64,000 bases of DNA from Chloropicon primus (lineage: Eukaryota): contig CP060755.1 in the NCBI GenBank assembly GCA_023205875.1, forward strand, positions 930,001-994,000, in the 5' to 3' direction. Below, one piece after another: positions 61,825 to 64,000 of this stretch. The position numbers were made by a program, and so were the translations under genes. Below the pieces are notes generated by a model. It was not told where the DNA came from. It saw only the letters and a list, made by a program, of their open reading frames with translations, and searched no databases. Each line of letters opens with the position of its first letter. Position 1 is the first letter of the stretch.

Positions 61825-62797
61825 TTATCGCATGAAGATGAACTCCGTGTTCTTCATTCCAGCGCCAAAGTACAAGGATCCCCACGAGTTTGTCTCGCCA
61901 GAGTAGTAGAATGCGTGTCCCGGCCACAGAAGGTTCCTCACAACTGCAGTGGAGGAAAAGCTATCGTAGTGCAAGCTCCAAGATCCTGGGAGGCCGTCCG
62001 CAAGAGTCTTGCTCTCGCCCGCCAAGACGTACGACTCGAGCTTCTCAGGGTATTCTAGTCCAGCGAAGGCCTTGTTCAAAATCAAATCGTTGTCCCCTGT
62101 GGTAATGTAAGCCCCCTTTGGAGCAATGGAGCTGTCTTTCTTGATGTCCTGAATCATGGTTTGGAGTCTCTGGAGCTCGGTGTACTCGAAGGAGACCTCA
62201 GCTGGCTCCTCGGCCTCCTCGGCCGCAGGCTCGGCGCCCTCCTCGGCTGCGGCCTCCGCCGCGCCCTCCGCCTTCGGGGCCGGCTCAGTCACCGTGTACA
62301 CCTGAGAAGGGTCCCCGGACATGGTAGTGTTGATGGTCAGACATCTCTTCGAGGTCTCCTCGTCAACAGGGTTCAAGTCCAACCACTTCACGCAGTCCTG
62401 GGTGTAGAAAAATTTCGTCTCCGCTACGAGCTTGTTGTCGAAGTAATACGCCTTTCCCTTTCCTTCGGCAATGAAGTAGTCCTTTCCATTTGATGCTGCT
62501 ATCTTCCCGAACAGGGACAAGCTCTTCAAGGCAGCCTCGGCCTTCTTAAGAGGAATTGAAACTGTGAAAGCGGACTATTTCGGTCGAAAGCAAAGCGAAG
62601 TTGAGTCAGTAATCAAGCCCAAAGGAACGGCAACGCTTCGCACCCCTTGCCCTCAGCCACCGAAAAGGGCTTCCGCAGCACGTCCTCCTTCCCTCTCCCT
62701 CTCTTGCCTTCCCCCTTCTCCTTACTTTCTGTTCGTTCGAGAGCACAATTCCGCTGCTGGCGAGCGCGTCCAGTGTGAGCGAGAGGTTATTCTCCAT
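61825..62797 (-). CDS. RSPH9: Flagellar radial spoke head protein 9; exons 62797-62726 and 62574-61825
   Basis: A GTAAG...TAG phase-0 intron gives LSNEQK|SAFTVSIPLKK. Motifs LFGKI..KDYFIAEG, RNLLWPG and LYFGAGMKN. Confidence 0.9.
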
Positions 62798-63270
62798 GTC
62801 TAACTGTGTCTGTGGGCCTTGTGTATCTCCTTGTCCTCGTCCCCTGTCCTCTTGTCTCGCCTCGCCGGTACGTGTGTGCGTGTGCCTCCACCTCCAGTCG
62901 ATGGGTTCACCAAGCGTCCTGCCTGCTCCCCCCTGGCGCTCCGGGGCTTCTTAACGTTCAGAATCACCTTAACAAGGGATTACCACAGGGAGGGAGGGGC
63001 CAAAGGCCTTGGGAAAATAGGAGAGTCAATTTTGACCAAGATTCCATCTTGGGTGTAAAAGGGAGAAGAAGGAGTGTAGTGAGAAGCACGAAGTTTCCGA
63101 GGAGGACGGGGAGGACGGGGAGGACGGGATGTGTTGTCGTACTCCTCAATCCAGTGAGTCTTCATCTCGTTAGCTTCTCCTTGAGAAACTCCAGAGATGA
63201 AATGAAAAAAAATTGTTTGGATGTCAGAAAATAAAAAAGATTGGCTTGAATTTGACTTTCTCCACCCAAC

Positions 63271-64000
63271 TCAGTGGAGATACCACCAAGTGTTGAAGTC
63301 CTCAGCACTCCCAGACTGTGACCAGCGGCCCTCGAGCGCCGTGAGGGCTGTGGTGGCCGATGCGATCTCGCTCTTTATGGGAGCAAACTCTTCGTCCCTC
63401 ATCACCTCCAGGAGGCAGCTCTTCTTGGCGTAGTGGAAGACGTCGAAGATGAACTGCTCCATCTTCACCCCCGGCACGGGTCCGTCCACCGTCGGGATGG
63501 TCTTCGAGGCGAGGTGGTGCTCGAGGTGCACCTCGTCGTCGCAGCATATCCTCGTCAGAAAGTCCTTGGAGTAGTACTGCATGCAGATGTTGCTCCAGTT
63601 GTAGTAAAGCTCTCCCGTCTCCGCGTTGGCCACTTTGGCACTCATCTCTGGGTCCAGCTCCGAGTACTCCACCACCCCGACCCCCTCGCCCCTCTCCACG
63701 AAGACGCCGACCCTCTCCCCCGGCGAAGACTTGGCCAAGGTCCTGCAACACAGGTCGGCCCCAAAACTCTTGCAGTACCCGATCAGGAGGGGGTCGGCGA
63801 TCTTTGCCAGAATGTTGTCCACGCAGTAGCAATCCAGGGCCTCCACCCCGGCCCTTTCCATGCTCTCCAGGCACCCGGAATCCCTCAGGGCCTTGTAAAT
63901 CCCGCCATTGCCATCGGGGGACTCGGCTATCTTGCCCTTGGTCTCGAGGAGGACTTTGCCCTCCTCCGAGACGCACGGCAGCTTCCCTTGGTTGAAGAGG
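63271..64000 (-). CDS. UAP1: UDP-N-acetylglucosamine pyrophosphorylase, 3' part (5' end outside the window)
   Basis: QGKLPC, SPDGNGG, CVDNIL..ADP, VVEYSE, KMEQFIFDVF and EEFAPIK. Confidence 0.9.
   Translation of the reverse strand, partial: LFNQGKLPCVSEEGKVLLETKGKIAESPDGNGGIYKALRDSGCLESMERAGVEALDCYCVDNILAKIADPLLIGYCKSFGADLCCRTLAKSSPGERVGVFVERGEGVGVVEYSELDPEMSAKVANAETGELYYNWSNICMQYYSKDFLTRICCDDEVHLEHHLASKTIPTVDGPVPGVKMEQFIFDVFHYAKKSCLLEVMRDEEFAPIKSEIASATTALTALEGRWSQSGSAEDFNTWWYLH

Overview
Gene-dense, GC-rich eukaryotic nuclear DNA. It has few, short GT-AG introns (121-160 nt), TGTAA-type poly(A) signals and transit-peptide-bearing enzymes, which fits a compact green-algal genome (Chloropicon/prasinophyte-like; this is an inference). 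About 31 protein-coding genes are supported. The flanks are housekeeping: FGAM synthase, RPB2, DBR1, D2HGDH, Gfo/Idh/MocA, ubinuclein, spastizin, kinesin-1-like, MCTP-like, ALKBH1, MutS2, FHA, ASF1, CFAP43, ELM2-SANT, mitochondrial G3PDH, RSP9 and UAP. Between them (about 28-43.7 kb) lies a secreted-protein island containing GILT, five CAP/PR-1 genes with unusual accessory modules, an ascorbate peroxidase and 4-5 small signal-peptide genes. Three small genes share an R-x-L-x-Q motif, and three end in G, GK or GKK, suggesting processed and possibly amidated peptides. Other notable items are a degenerate nitrile-hydratase beta(-alpha stub) protein, a defensin-like domain fused to CAP, a frameshifted double-CAP gene, a Smr-less MutS2 and a kinesin tail with IAK-like and WH2-like motifs. 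All family calls come from motif recognition by eye; no database search was run.
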